Assembly: GCA_964410185.1 (NCBI GenBank)
Contig: CAYPFM010000001.1
Coordinates: forward strand, 80,860-144,859
Length of the DNA stretch: 64,000 nt
Source: an uncultured Candidatus Saccharibacteria bacterium
GTDB lineage: Bacteria; Patescibacteriota; Saccharimonadia; Saccharimonadales; JAUPVS01
Direction: 5' to 3'
Of this stretch, positions 1 to 9,053 are shown piece by piece. The notes under the pieces are model-generated. The model did not search any database and had not been told where the DNA came from. It saw nothing but the letters and a program-made list of their open reading frames with translations. The translations under genes were made by a program, and so were the position numbers. Positions within the stretch are counted from its first letter, which is position 1. The number at the start of each line of letters is the position of its first letter.

Positions 1-1069
1 CCGAGGCGATTGAGGCCCCCGTTTGCCACACCTGCAGACGCTTACAGACACTGTCGACTGACTCGAGGGCGTACGGCGGTCGTTGGCTCTGCCCCGCTGC
101 GTTCAACGGCACGCGGACCTGGATGCGGCGCACCACGTTACTGGCCTTACCAGTGGCATCGATGGTGGCTTGTTCGCCCGAGAGCTTGGTGTTGGTATTG
201 GTGTTACCAGTCGTAGACGCAACGATTGTGACTGCCGAAGCCTTATACAGCGAACGGATGCGCAGATAGTAGGTATTAGCTGGCGGCCCTGCTGCTAGAA
301 CACCGCTGAGTGCGCGAATCTGAACATTACAGAAACGCGGTCGTGCCGAGGTCTTAGCCCCAGTGTTGCAGTTACCATCCAGGATTAAGCCCTGGTTTGG
401 ATCGGTTAACGTGCCGCTGGTGGCAAACTGCTGGCTGGTCGTTCCATTGCCCGCTCTTGGGTACAAGAAGACCGTTTGTGTGTGGGTCGTCAGGTCGGCT
501 CGATTAATATTGCTGTAGATTGGGATAAGCGTTACGCGCAGCATGCCCGTTGCCATGGCAAGATTGTAGCCATCATTATTGACATAGGATGCTTGGGGCA
601 AGAAGTCAGTACCACCACCTGCTGGCACAAACGTCGAACCGCCATCCTTATCTTCCCAACCAATGGTGATGCTGTGTAAGTTATTGTCGTCGGCGGAGTG
701 CACTTTTACGATCTGCTCGGTGCCGGGTTCAAGATCGGGGTAAACCAACGAGGTCGGCTCGGTTTCATACAGAACGCAGGTGTACTTAATGCTGTCGTTG
801 GCTGCCCACAGGCCATTACTTGGACCAGGATCGCAGCTCGTTTTCTGCTTGGCAGCACTCCCGTTTTTAAAGCTCTGGATGGTATCGTTAACTGCTGACT
901 CCGCGGCGTAGAAAGCCTGCGTACTGAAGATACGGTTTTGGTTTTCGTACAGGTTTTGGCGGGCCAAAAAGGCAAAGCCCAACGTCATCAGTGTCACAAA
1001 AACAATAATGATGAGTGCAACAATTATGGATACAAATCCGTCCTGGTGTTGAGGTGTGATGGTTTTCAT
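1..1069 (-). CDS. PilX-like type IV pilus minor pilin (3' end runs off the window; absent from supplied ORF track)
   Basis: Own minus-strand translation from the ATG at complement 1067-1069 gives MKTITPQHQDGFVSIIVALIIIVFVTLMTLGFAFLARQNLYENQNRIFSTQAFYAAESAVND... It stays open to position 1 with no stop. The N-terminus is hydrophobic and pilin-like but lacks Glu5, and the QAFYAAESA segment resembles the PilX N-terminal domain. The start lies 1 nt after the stop of the upstream minor pilin gene. Confidence 0.6.
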   Translation of the reverse strand, partial: MKTITPQHQDGFVSIIVALIIIVFVTLMTLGFAFLARQNLYENQNRIFSTQAFYAAESAVNDTIQSFKNGSAAKQKTSCDPGPSNGLWAANDSIKYTCVLYETEPTSLVYPDLEPGTEQIVKVHSADDNNLHSITIGWEDKDGGSTFVPAGGGTDFLPQASYVNNDGYNLAMATGMLRVTLIPIYSNINRADLTTHTQTVFLYPRAGNGTTSQQFATSGTLTDPNQGLILDGNCNTGAKTSARPRFCNVQIRALSGVLAAGPPANTYYLRIRSLYKASAVTIVASTTGNTNTNTKLSGEQATIDATGKASNVVRRIQVRVPLNAAGQSQRPPYALESVDSVCKRLQVWQTGASIAS

Positions 1070-1070
1070 A

Positions 1071-1778
1071 CTATTTATCCTCTACCCGTTTAAATACTGT
1101 GGTTGAAAATTGTGAAGCCGTACACCACTGACTCCCAGCGACACTGGCACAATGGGTCGCCACCGGATTCATTGGGTCAGTGGTTGGTGTTGGCGCCATG
1201 AGGTCATTTGGACCGTACAAAACTGCCACTGCCACATTGCACATGTTATTGGCGCCACAGCTCACCGTAAAGTCCGATAGGCGCATATTCTCGCCCAGCA
1301 TCTCTTCGCCACTAGCAGTCGGTGTGGCTAGGCTGAGATTGACGGCAGTACAGCTCTGGTTCGATGGCAAAGTATCCCGCCACAAGGCATGATGCAGCTG
1401 ATTACTTTCCGCTAAGTAGGTATTGTCCGCCAGGCTGGTGCTACTATAAACACTAACATTGAGGCTGTAGGTGTACCGCGTCGTGCCAATACAGACAACG
1501 CCAAATTTCAGTGTGTTGTTTGGCGCTCCAGCGATACCCGAATAATCAGCAACTACAGCGGGTGTTACTTTACCACCACTGAACTGCAACTGTTGGCCAA
1601 TTTGGTCAACCAACCCGCGCGTAACCTCTTGAGTACGGTTGCTTACCACGCCCTTGTAATAGAGTTTGCCGATCTGGATAAGTGCCGTCGTAGCACCCAG
1701 CAGAACTGTCGAAAAGACCATCGTGGCAATCATTAATTCCAGAATCGTAAAGCCGTCTTGTCGCTGTAGCTTGCTCAT
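1071..1778 (-). CDS. Type IV minor pilin (PilW-like), prepilin-type N-terminal methylation domain
   Basis: The internal start MSKLQRQDG|FTILELMIATMVFS carries the G/FTxxE prepilin cleavage motif with Glu5. It overlaps the upstream stop as ATGA (1775-1778). The ORF-track start at 1835 is probably over-extended. Confidence 0.65.
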   Translation of the reverse strand: MSKLQRQDGFTILELMIATMVFSTVLLGATTALIQIGKLYYKGVVSNRTQEVTRGLVDQIGQQLQFSGGKVTPAVVADYSGIAGAPNNTLKFGVVCIGTTRYTYSLNVSVYSSTSLADNTYLAESNQLHHALWRDTLPSNQSCTAVNLSLATPTASGEEMLGENMRLSDFTVSCGANNMCNVAVAVLYGPNDLMAPTPTTDPMNPVATHCASVAGSQWCTASQFSTTVFKRVEDK

Positions 1779-2272
1779 GGGTAAATCCTGTAGGCAATTT
1801 CGATTTGCTGTTTGCGTCCAGCGGGTCCATCCCAACGTACCGTGGCTAAGTAGGTATTACTGCCCAGTGGTCGGATGCCGTAATGATAACAATAAGTGTC
1901 GCAGCCTGCGCCTGGGACGGGATCCTGGATACAACCAGCGGACTCGTAATTATTGTAGGTGTCTGCATCCATTGTGGTCGTGGGACTGGTGCCTAGGCCC
2001 TGCTTTGCAAGGTCTTGCTTAAGGCAAAAACCGGTGCCCCCGGTCAAAACGGCTGGATTCTTAATTGCGGCCGCCTTGAGGCGCTCTAGCTGACCCTCGG
2101 CGAGTTTAAGCGCGTAGGTGCGTTCTTGTTGCAGCTGCACAGCCTGAAGTGTCCGCACCGCGATGGCGTAGGTCGATGAGAGCACCACGCCCAGTACCAG
2201 GATGACCATGAGTACTTCAACGATAGTATCGCCTCGTTCGGATAGGACTGACTTGGTCATTCTTACGGACAT
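1775..2272 (-). CDS. Type IV minor pilin (PilV-like)
   Basis: The N-terminus ...SERG|DTIVEVLMVILVLGVVL has Glu5 and a hydrophobic helix. The product is small (165 aa) and sits in the minor-pilin block. The start could instead be the second ATG at 2260. Confidence 0.6.
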   Translation of the reverse strand: MSVRMTKSVLSERGDTIVEVLMVILVLGVVLSSTYAIAVRTLQAVQLQQERTYALKLAEGQLERLKAAAIKNPAVLTGGTGFCLKQDLAKQGLGTSPTTTMDADTYNNYESAGCIQDPVPGAGCDTYCYHYGIRPLGSNTYLATVRWDGPAGRKQQIEIAYRIYP

Positions 2273-3144
2273 TTGGTTACATCCCCCGCCACTAACGATG
2301 TCACCACCGTCTTCAAGCCGTTACCACTACCCTGGAAATCGATTACAGACCGCTGCTTGTTGTCCGCACTGTTAACGCAAACCCACAAACCACTGCCCGT
2401 ACCGAGCTGGTTAAAGGTGCCATTCTGATTAGCAACCAGGGTATCGTAAATGTTGTTGGCACTCACCGGCGAAGCTGGGAAAGCCGTACTTTTAACCACC
2501 CACGCCGAAACGTTTTGGGCACCTGAGTCGAGCTTGCCAGCACTGTAGTTGCCATTAAAGCTCTGGAATAAGCCTAGGCCGCTGCGCACTGGGAAGCCGC
2601 CTGCCTGGCGCAAGCCGGTAACATGGGTGCCGTACTGCAGATCAAAAGATTCGGTGAGGCTGACCGTCGTAGGCGGGTTGACCACCGGCCGCGGCATGGC
2701 AGAAGCCATACTGTTAACGGCGTTCTGCGAAGCATCAACGCGCTTGCCAACGACCGTATAGACTTCGATCTTTGTACAGCCTACCGATGTGACCGCTGTG
2801 CAGCTGCCAGTCGGCACGTTGAAATTGATGATTTTACCCAAGAATATACAGTCCGTGCGCGAGCCCTGATCGTCGGTGCCAGTACTAGAGATTGCCGGTG
2901 CTGAGGTGCCACTGTTGGTGCTACAGCCAAAAGTTGGTGTTGGTGGATAGGTCCCAGTGGCAACGTCATTGGCGATAGTTTTAATGCGATTGTCGAGCTC
3001 TTGAACCGACTGGTTAAATTGCGTCCGTTGAATGCGACCGTTGAATAAGGGTAGGAGTGCCAAAATCAAGGCACTCGAAATGATTAAAAAAATCATCACC
3101 TCAATAATAGTATAACCGGCTTGCCGATCGGGGGCAGGTTTCAT
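2263..3144 (-). CDS. Type IV minor pilin / pseudopilin (FimT/FimU/GspH-like)
   Basis: MKPAPDRQAG|YTIIEVMIFLIISSALIL is a prepilin motif with Glu5. I prefer the ATG at 3144 over the TTG at 3162. Confidence 0.6.
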   Translation of the reverse strand: MKPAPDRQAGYTIIEVMIFLIISSALILALLPLFNGRIQRTQFNQSVQELDNRIKTIANDVATGTYPPTPTFGCSTNSGTSAPAISSTGTDDQGSRTDCIFLGKIINFNVPTGSCTAVTSVGCTKIEVYTVVGKRVDASQNAVNSMASAMPRPVVNPPTTVSLTESFDLQYGTHVTGLRQAGGFPVRSGLGLFQSFNGNYSAGKLDSGAQNVSAWVVKSTAFPASPVSANNIYDTLVANQNGTFNQLGTGSGLWVCVNSADNKQRSVIDFQGSGNGLKTVVTSLVAGDVTKCP

Positions 3145-3175
3145 ATGTTTAGTATAGCACAAGCATTTTGCTAAC

Positions 3176-3994
3176 TTACAGAAGTAAAAGGCGGGTTTTA
3201 TACCAGTTCACGAGGCCCGCGCCAAACAAGTAAACGATGATCGTCGCGACAATCAAAAACGGCCCAAATGCCACGCGCCGTTTCAGTCCCGTTTTGTGAA
3301 AAACTACGGCTGGCAATGTCGCCAACGAGCCGAGCAATGAAGCCAAAAAGAGCACCAGAATTGCCTGAATCGGGCCGCCAACCAACAGACCAATCACAAA
3401 CCCTAAGCGGACGTCTCCCCCACCAATCCAACGGCCGTCTGAAACCTGAAATAAGGCGTAAAATAGACCGCCCAAACAGAGGACGCCAATGGCCGCACCG
3501 GCCAAGATATGCCAATCACGTTGCGCAACCGTTAAGACGATAACCTGAACTGCCGCCAAAACGCCCAGCGGGCAAATAATGCGGCTCGGCAACACCTGCC
3601 AACGCCAATCGTATAAGGCAAGCGCCACAAAGCCCGTTAAAACGATCAACCAGACCGCGAACTGCATAATACCCAAGTTTGACCATCCCAGCGGCCAGAA
3701 GGCGTAAGAAAAGACGAAGAGGGCTGGCGTGATGAGCTCGGCCAACGGCGTATCCTGAATCGGCTTGTGGCAGTAGCGGCACTTCCCGTTTAGGGTCAGC
3801 CAGCTCAGAACTGGGATGAGGTCCCAGAAGCCTAAAACGTGCTTGCAGTGCGTACACATCGAGCGACCCTTGGTAATAGACAGCTCTGGACGGGCCTTGC
3901 CCTTGACCTTGGCTTGCTCATGAATACGCCAAACCAGGGCGTTCGTAAAGCTCCCCAGACACAACCCCAACAAGACAAGCACAAGAATAATCAT
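3176..3994 (-). CDS. pilD: Prepilin peptidase / N-methyltransferase (A24 family)
   Basis: It has the Cys-box CTHCKHVLGFWDLIPVLSWLTLNGKCRYCHKPI, a polytopic membrane profile and the GGGDVRLG active-site motif. I moved the start to the ATG at 3994 because the pilA terminator (4022-4051) lies inside the ORF-track N-terminal extension. Confidence 0.85.
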   Translation of the reverse strand: MIILVLVLLGLCLGSFTNALVWRIHEQAKVKGKARPELSITKGRSMCTHCKHVLGFWDLIPVLSWLTLNGKCRYCHKPIQDTPLAELITPALFVFSYAFWPLGWSNLGIMQFAVWLIVLTGFVALALYDWRWQVLPSRIICPLGVLAAVQVIVLTVAQRDWHILAGAAIGVLCLGGLFYALFQVSDGRWIGGGDVRLGFVIGLLVGGPIQAILVLFLASLLGSLATLPAVVFHKTGLKRRVAFGPFLIVATIIVYLFGAGLVNWYKTRLLLL

Positions 3995-4021
3995 TACTGG
4001 TATAGTATCGTAATTTTGATC

Positions 4022-4051
4022 AAAAAGAAAAGTGGTCCCCTCGGGGACCAC
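4022..4051 (-). terminator. Rho-independent terminator after pilA
   Basis: On the minus strand, GTGGTCCC-cgag-GGGACCAC forms an 8-bp GC-rich stem (4032-4051). It is followed directly by TTTTCTTTTT (4031-4022) and lies 27 nt downstream of the pilA stop. Confidence 0.65.
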
Positions 4052-4078
4052 TAAATCGTGCAAACTTAGCTTGTTTGA

Positions 4079-4564
4079 CTATACGCCGCTATCGATACAC
4101 TTACCAACAACGCTACCACCGCTTGCTTCAACACCGTAGACTACAGCGATCTGACGACCCGTTCCTGCAGTTGGGGTTACGTCGGCTGTACCGCTAGCCG
4201 TTGTAGGGCATACAGCCTTGAACACAACGGTAACACCAGAGGTTGTAGTTGTGATTTTACCAACTGTTGTTGTACCAGTTGGGGTAAGGTTCTTGGTGTT
4301 GGCCAACTTTGGAATTGCCGTGTTAAACGCAGTAATCTCGGCTGCGGCTGATGGGACGTTTCCATTGTTGTTGTTCGATACCCACTCCGAGGCTGCTGCC
4401 GAGACGGCTGAAGCTTCGTTGTTGTACTGTGTGTTACGTGAGTTACGTTGCAAAGCTGGTACCGCCAAGAAGACGATCAGCAAGATAACTGCTGCAATAA
4501 CCAACACGATCATAACTTCGATAATGGTGAAGCCCTGATCTTTATTTTGTAGTTTCTTTAACAT
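4079..4564 (-). CDS. pilA: Major type IV pilin
   Basis: MLKKLQNKDQG|FTIIEVMIVLVIAAVILLIVFLAVPALQ is a classic short leader with Gly-1, Phe+1 and Glu+5. The product is 161 aa. The gene has its own terminator and a purine-rich SD-like stretch (AGGGGGA/AAAGGG) upstream. Confidence 0.8.
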   Translation of the reverse strand: MLKKLQNKDQGFTIIEVMIVLVIAAVILLIVFLAVPALQRNSRNTQYNNEASAVSAAASEWVSNNNNGNVPSAAAEITAFNTAIPKLANTKNLTPTGTTTVGKITTTTSGVTVVFKAVCPTTASGTADVTPTAGTGRQIAVVYGVEASGGSVVGKCIDSGV

Positions 4565-4675
4565 GCCCTTTGATTCCCCCTGTAGGTGTAATTTATGCTT
4601 ATGCTTACAAATATACTGCTCGCATCAGTAAAAAGCAAGCTTTTTTACTGCTGGCTGTTGATAACTGACGACTAT

Positions 4676-5896
4676 CTATTGAACGTTAATTTTGCCGACC
4701 AAGCCATAGATTGGCAGGAGGACGGCGGCCACCACGATGAGCGCGATAACACCCATTAAAATCATGAGCACGGGCTCGATAATCGTCGAGATGGCGCGAA
4801 TTTGGTTATCAACTTCTTTTTCGTAGTAATCGGCTGCCTTGCCGAGCATTTGCTCCATCGAGCCCGATTCCTCACCGATGTGCAACATATCAGGCACAAG
4901 CGGCAAGAAGTTCGGGTCGCCTTCCAGTGAGCTGGACAAGGACTTCCCGCCCTTCACCTTGTTGGCGGCCTTCATGATTGATTCGTAGACATGAACGTTA
5001 TTGATGGCTTTACCGGTAATTTCTAGCATCTGAATGAGGGGCACGCCACTGGCTACCAACGTCGAGCCAATCCGCGTAAAACGAGCCATATAAACTTTCA
5101 TGAATAGCTGACCAAATGGCGGTGTACGCATTTTGAGCTTATCGATTACCCGTTTCCCGCCAACCGTGCGTGCCCACTTAGACGTCAAGAAGACGATTGC
5201 ACCCACGATAATCAGCTCTATCCACCAAAACTTGGTCGTAAAGTGCGCGAACGAGACCAAGGCCTGGGTTATGAAAGGTAGCCTTGCGCCGGGAATACTT
5301 TCGTACACCACTTGGACGGCTGGTACCACCTTGATAATCATGAACAAGACAACACCGACCATGACCACCAAGACGATAATTGGATAGACCATCGCACCAC
5401 GTACCTTACTGATAATATCGGCGTCTTTTTCGGACTGATCAGCCAGTCGGGCCAACGACACGTCCAGCGTTCCGGACACTTCACCGGCGGCAACCAGGTT
5501 CACAAAGATCGCATTAAAGACATCCGGGTATTTAGTCAGCGCTTTCGAGAAGGCCGTGCCGGACTCTACGTCGCTAATAACCTGGTTCAAGATGACTTGG
5601 AAGTTCTTGTTCTGCGTTTGGCTCACGACGTTTCGTAAGCTCTGTACCAATGGCAAGCCGGCGCTAATCAGCGTCGACAGTTGGCGGGCAAACAAGACCT
5701 TATCTTTGGCCTTGATGCGGTGCGTATACTTGGCTAAAAAGCCGCCGTTCCCATTGCTTTTGGCAGTTAACTCGATTGGCACTAAGCCCTGCTTTTGCAG
5801 GAGCGAAGCGGCCGCCTGCTCGGTTTCAGCGTCGACAGTCGATTTTACTTTTTTACCACTGGCCGGATCGCGGGCAGTGTATTCAAAGGTTAACAT
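4676..5896 (-). CDS. pilC: Type IV pilus platform protein (GspF/PilC family)
   Basis: The 406-aa product has a duplicated T2SS-F architecture, three TM segments and GspF-like sequence (ARQLSTLISAGLPLVQSL; FTRIGSTLVASGVPLIQML). Confidence 0.9.
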   Translation of the reverse strand: MLTFEYTARDPASGKKVKSTVDAETEQAAASLLQKQGLVPIELTAKSNGNGGFLAKYTHRIKAKDKVLFARQLSTLISAGLPLVQSLRNVVSQTQNKNFQVILNQVISDVESGTAFSKALTKYPDVFNAIFVNLVAAGEVSGTLDVSLARLADQSEKDADIISKVRGAMVYPIIVLVVMVGVVLFMIIKVVPAVQVVYESIPGARLPFITQALVSFAHFTTKFWWIELIIVGAIVFLTSKWARTVGGKRVIDKLKMRTPPFGQLFMKVYMARFTRIGSTLVASGVPLIQMLEITGKAINNVHVYESIMKAANKVKGGKSLSSSLEGDPNFLPLVPDMLHIGEESGSMEQMLGKAADYYEKEVDNQIRAISTIIEPVLMILMGVIALIVVAAVLLPIYGLVGKINVQ

Positions 5897-5900
5897 CTAG

Positions 5901-6974
5901 TTAGCCCCTCATCATCCGATCAAGTTCATCGATATCGACGGCATAGTTATGGGCCTCGTCATAAGTAATGACCCCTTTTTGCACCAGGCTCACCAAGGTC
6001 TTGTCCATGGATTGCATACCAAATTCGGCACCAGTCTGGATGACGGCTTCGAGCTGGTGGCTCTTACCTTCGCGGATAATGTTCCGAACGGCCGGTGTCG
6101 CCACCAAGATTTCGGCGGCGGCCACTCGCCCACCACCAATCGATGGCACCAAGCGCTGTGAAGCAATCGCCATCAAAATGTTAGCCAACTGGGCCCGAAT
6201 CTGTGGTTGCTGGTGTGGCGGGAAAACGTCGACCATACGATCGATTGATTGGCTGGCTGAGTTGGTGTGCAAGGTAGCAAAGACCAAGTGACCGGTTTCC
6301 GCGATTGTAATAGCCGCCGCAATGGTCTCGAGGTCACGCATCTCACCGATGAGGACAACGTCTGGGTCTTCACGCAAGCTACTACGGAGAGCGGCGCTAA
6401 ACGAGTAGGTATCGTAGTGGACTTCTCGCTGCACCACGACTGATTTTTTGGACTTGTGCGTAAATTCAATTGGGTCTTCGATGGTCACAATGTGCTGAGC
6501 TCGTTCGCGGTTGATTTTGTCCACTAAGGCCGCCAGTGTGGTCGACTTACCTGACCCGGTTGGGCCGGTGACCAACACCAAACCACGCGGATACTCGGCA
6601 AATTTGTTGACGATTTCGGGTAGCTGTAGCTGCTCAATGCTGAGGAGTTCGTTCGGAATAAGACGTAAAGCCGCCGCCAGATTACCGCGTTCGTGGAAAG
6701 CGTTCACACGGAAACGACCAAGGTCGCCGTAGGCAAAACTAAAGTCAAACTCTTTGTCTTTTAATAAGATCTGCTTTTGGTCTTCATCGAGGATGGAGAA
6801 AATTAGGGCCTCAACAGCTTCGTCATTGAGCACATCACTGCCTGGCACCGGAGCAAGCTTACCATCGACACGGAGAATTGGAGCCAAACCAACCTGCAAG
6901 TGGAGGTCAGACGCCTTGCGCTTGATAACTTCATCCAGAAGTGGTTCGATTCGTACTTGTGTGCTGTCTGCCAT
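5901..6974 (-). CDS. pilT: Twitching-motility retraction ATPase
   Basis: The 357-aa product has Walker A GPTGSGKSTT, Asp-box/Walker B DPDVVLIGEMRD and His-box TGHLVFATLHTN. Its size and the AIRNIIREGK-like motif (AVRNIIREGK) are typical of PilT. Confidence 0.9.
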   Translation of the reverse strand: MADSTQVRIEPLLDEVIKRKASDLHLQVGLAPILRVDGKLAPVPGSDVLNDEAVEALIFSILDEDQKQILLKDKEFDFSFAYGDLGRFRVNAFHERGNLAAALRLIPNELLSIEQLQLPEIVNKFAEYPRGLVLVTGPTGSGKSTTLAALVDKINRERAQHIVTIEDPIEFTHKSKKSVVVQREVHYDTYSFSAALRSSLREDPDVVLIGEMRDLETIAAAITIAETGHLVFATLHTNSASQSIDRMVDVFPPHQQPQIRAQLANILMAIASQRLVPSIGGGRVAAAEILVATPAVRNIIREGKSHQLEAVIQTGAEFGMQSMDKTLVSLVQKGVITYDEAHNYAVDIDELDRMMRG

Positions 6975-6996
6975 GATTTCCCCTTAATTATTCCGC

Positions 6997-8787
6997 TTAG
7001 GCGCTATCGGCCGCTGCTACCCTATCGACTTCGGCTAATGACGTAAACCCGGCCAATGCCTTGAGATAGCCGTCTTCGCGCATGGTTACCATTCCCTGAG
7101 CAATGGCGGCCTTCTGAATTTCGTTACTGGTTGCTCGTTTAATGATCAAATCCTGGATTTTTTCATTTATATCGAAAACCTCGTAGAGACCCATCCGACC
7201 CTTAAAGCCACTGCGCGCTTCGGGGCTATCCACGCCCTTAAACAAAGTATAAGCGTTTTGGCCTCTTGTAGGCAAGCTCTTATAGCCAAGATCGTCACAA
7301 ACCGCCTTCATATCAGCATCACCGTTTGGTAACAGCGTGCCCAAAGTGGCGTGTACGGCCGCCGTTTCCGCCTCTCCCGACTGATAGCTTTGCTTATCTT
7401 CGTTAAGCCGCCGCACCAGGCGTTGCCCGATGACGGCACGGACGGTTGAGGCAATCAGGAAGGGTTCGATGCCCATATCTAACAAACGAGGCAGAATGCC
7501 GGCCGCGCTGTTGGTGTGCAGTGTCGAGAACACCAAGTGACCAGTTAAGGCCGCCTGCACCGCCAGCTGGGCGGTTTCCTTATCGCGAATTTCCCCTACC
7601 ATCACCACGTCGGGGTCTTGGCGTAGGATAGAGCGCAGGCCAGCCGCGAATGTCAGGCCGACATCGGCGTTGACTTGAATCTGGTTAACGCCGCTCATCT
7701 TATATTCAACTGGGTCTTCCAGGGTGACAATATTGATATCGTCGTTCATGATTTCCTGAATCAGCGCGTACATCGAGGTCGACTTACCTGAACCGGTTGG
7801 CCCAGAGGTCAAAACCATGCCGTTCGGGAATTTGAGGGCTTCGCGGATGGTGCGCAGAGCTCGCCCGGCGTACCCCATGTCCTCTAACCTAAGGCTGGTA
7901 CCGGTTTTATCGAGCAAACGAATAACCACTTGCTCACCCCAAACCACTGGCGAAATAGCAATACGCAAGTCAATCTCTTTGCCCGCCATTTTGAGGGTAA
8001 ATTGACCGTCCTGCGGGATACGATGTTCGTCGATCTTGAGACTGGACAGAATTTTAATGCGCGACACCAGCGGCGCCTCGGTGGCTTTGGGTAATCGCAT
8101 AATCTCGCGCAGGACGCCATCGATTCGGGCGCGGATCTTCAACTCTTTCTCGAGCGGCTCAATGTGCACATCGCTGGCGCGGCTGTTGGCAGCGTACTCC
8201 AAAATGGCCGACAAGGCCTTACTAACGGGCGAATCCTGAACAATCGCTTCGATGCCTTGGTTGGCCTTTTTAGACTTATCGGTTTCAGCCTTCTGCTCGG
8301 TCTCTACCTGCTCACCAAGCTCACCAACGATATCCTGGTTCAAATCCGACTTATACTGGCTCAGAACGCGCCGAATGCCCTCCTCTGAGGCGGCATAGAC
8401 CTTGAGCGGGTGACCAATCTTATTGGACAAGAAGTCGACCGCTTGGACGTTATCGGCATCAAGCATGGCAACCACCAGGCGATGTTGCATCTTACCCAGC
8501 GGTACAGCCATGTAGCGTTCGGCAATTTCCTTGGGTAGTAAGGTTAGGATATCTGGATCAATGATGGCGCGACTGAGGTTTACGTACGGCACATTGCTTA
8601 CCGCGCCGATGGTTTGCGTCAGCTGCTCGTTGGTCAGATGCCCTTCGGAAACTAAGTAGCTCAGAAAGGGCTGGTTTTTAGCCTTGGCGTCATCATGAAG
8701 CTTCTTTACCTGGTCAGCTTTGAGTAGCCCGCTCTTAACGAGCTGGGCTTCAACCTTGGTTTGGGTGTCTGCAGAGAGGACACTCAT
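6997..8787 (-). CDS. pilB: Type IV pilus extension ATPase (GspE/PilB family)
   Basis: The 596-aa product has an N-terminal GspE_N-like domain, Walker A GPTGSGKSTS, DPDVVMVGEIRD and TGHLVFSTLHTN. Confidence 0.9.
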   Translation of the reverse strand: MSVLSADTQTKVEAQLVKSGLLKADQVKKLHDDAKAKNQPFLSYLVSEGHLTNEQLTQTIGAVSNVPYVNLSRAIIDPDILTLLPKEIAERYMAVPLGKMQHRLVVAMLDADNVQAVDFLSNKIGHPLKVYAASEEGIRRVLSQYKSDLNQDIVGELGEQVETEQKAETDKSKKANQGIEAIVQDSPVSKALSAILEYAANSRASDVHIEPLEKELKIRARIDGVLREIMRLPKATEAPLVSRIKILSSLKIDEHRIPQDGQFTLKMAGKEIDLRIAISPVVWGEQVVIRLLDKTGTSLRLEDMGYAGRALRTIREALKFPNGMVLTSGPTGSGKSTSMYALIQEIMNDDINIVTLEDPVEYKMSGVNQIQVNADVGLTFAAGLRSILRQDPDVVMVGEIRDKETAQLAVQAALTGHLVFSTLHTNSAAGILPRLLDMGIEPFLIASTVRAVIGQRLVRRLNEDKQSYQSGEAETAAVHATLGTLLPNGDADMKAVCDDLGYKSLPTRGQNAYTLFKGVDSPEARSGFKGRMGLYEVFDINEKIQDLIIKRATSNEIQKAAIAQGMVTMREDGYLKALAGFTSLAEVDRVAAADSA

Positions 8788-8801
8788 AACCTACTCACCA
8801 C

Positions 8802-9053
8802 CTACTGTCCGTTACTATTGAAAGGCTGGCTGTTTTGACTGTCACCAATGCTAATATTCTTGGTCGGATCAAATGCAGCGGCATTGAAGTAGCGGGTATC
8901 AGGTTGCTCGAAGTTGGGCGAAATAACCTGCACCACCTCAACCTTTGTCTGACGATTTTTAGGAACACCAAACAATAGCTTGGAGATAAAGAATGAGACA
9001 GCGCCGCTCACAATGACAACCACGACAATTAGAAGAATGTCTTTTTGTTTCAT
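8802..9053 (-). CDS. Small bitopic membrane protein of the pilus operon (function unknown)
   Basis: The 83-aa product has a single N-terminal TM (ILLIVVVVIVSGAVSFFISKLLF). It overlaps the upstream gene as ATGA (9050-9053). Confidence 0.4.
   Translation of the reverse strand: MKQKDILLIVVVVIVSGAVSFFISKLLFGVPKNRQTKVEVVQVISPNFEQPDTRYFNAAAFDPTKNISIGDSQNSQPFNSNGQ

Noticed and set aside
7462-7474. GGGTTCGATGCCC, which resembles a tRNA T-arm
   Set aside because: It lies inside the pilB coding sequence. No acceptor, D-arm or anticodon-arm complementarity is visible around it. I could not build a tRNA cloverleaf in any intergenic region of the window either.
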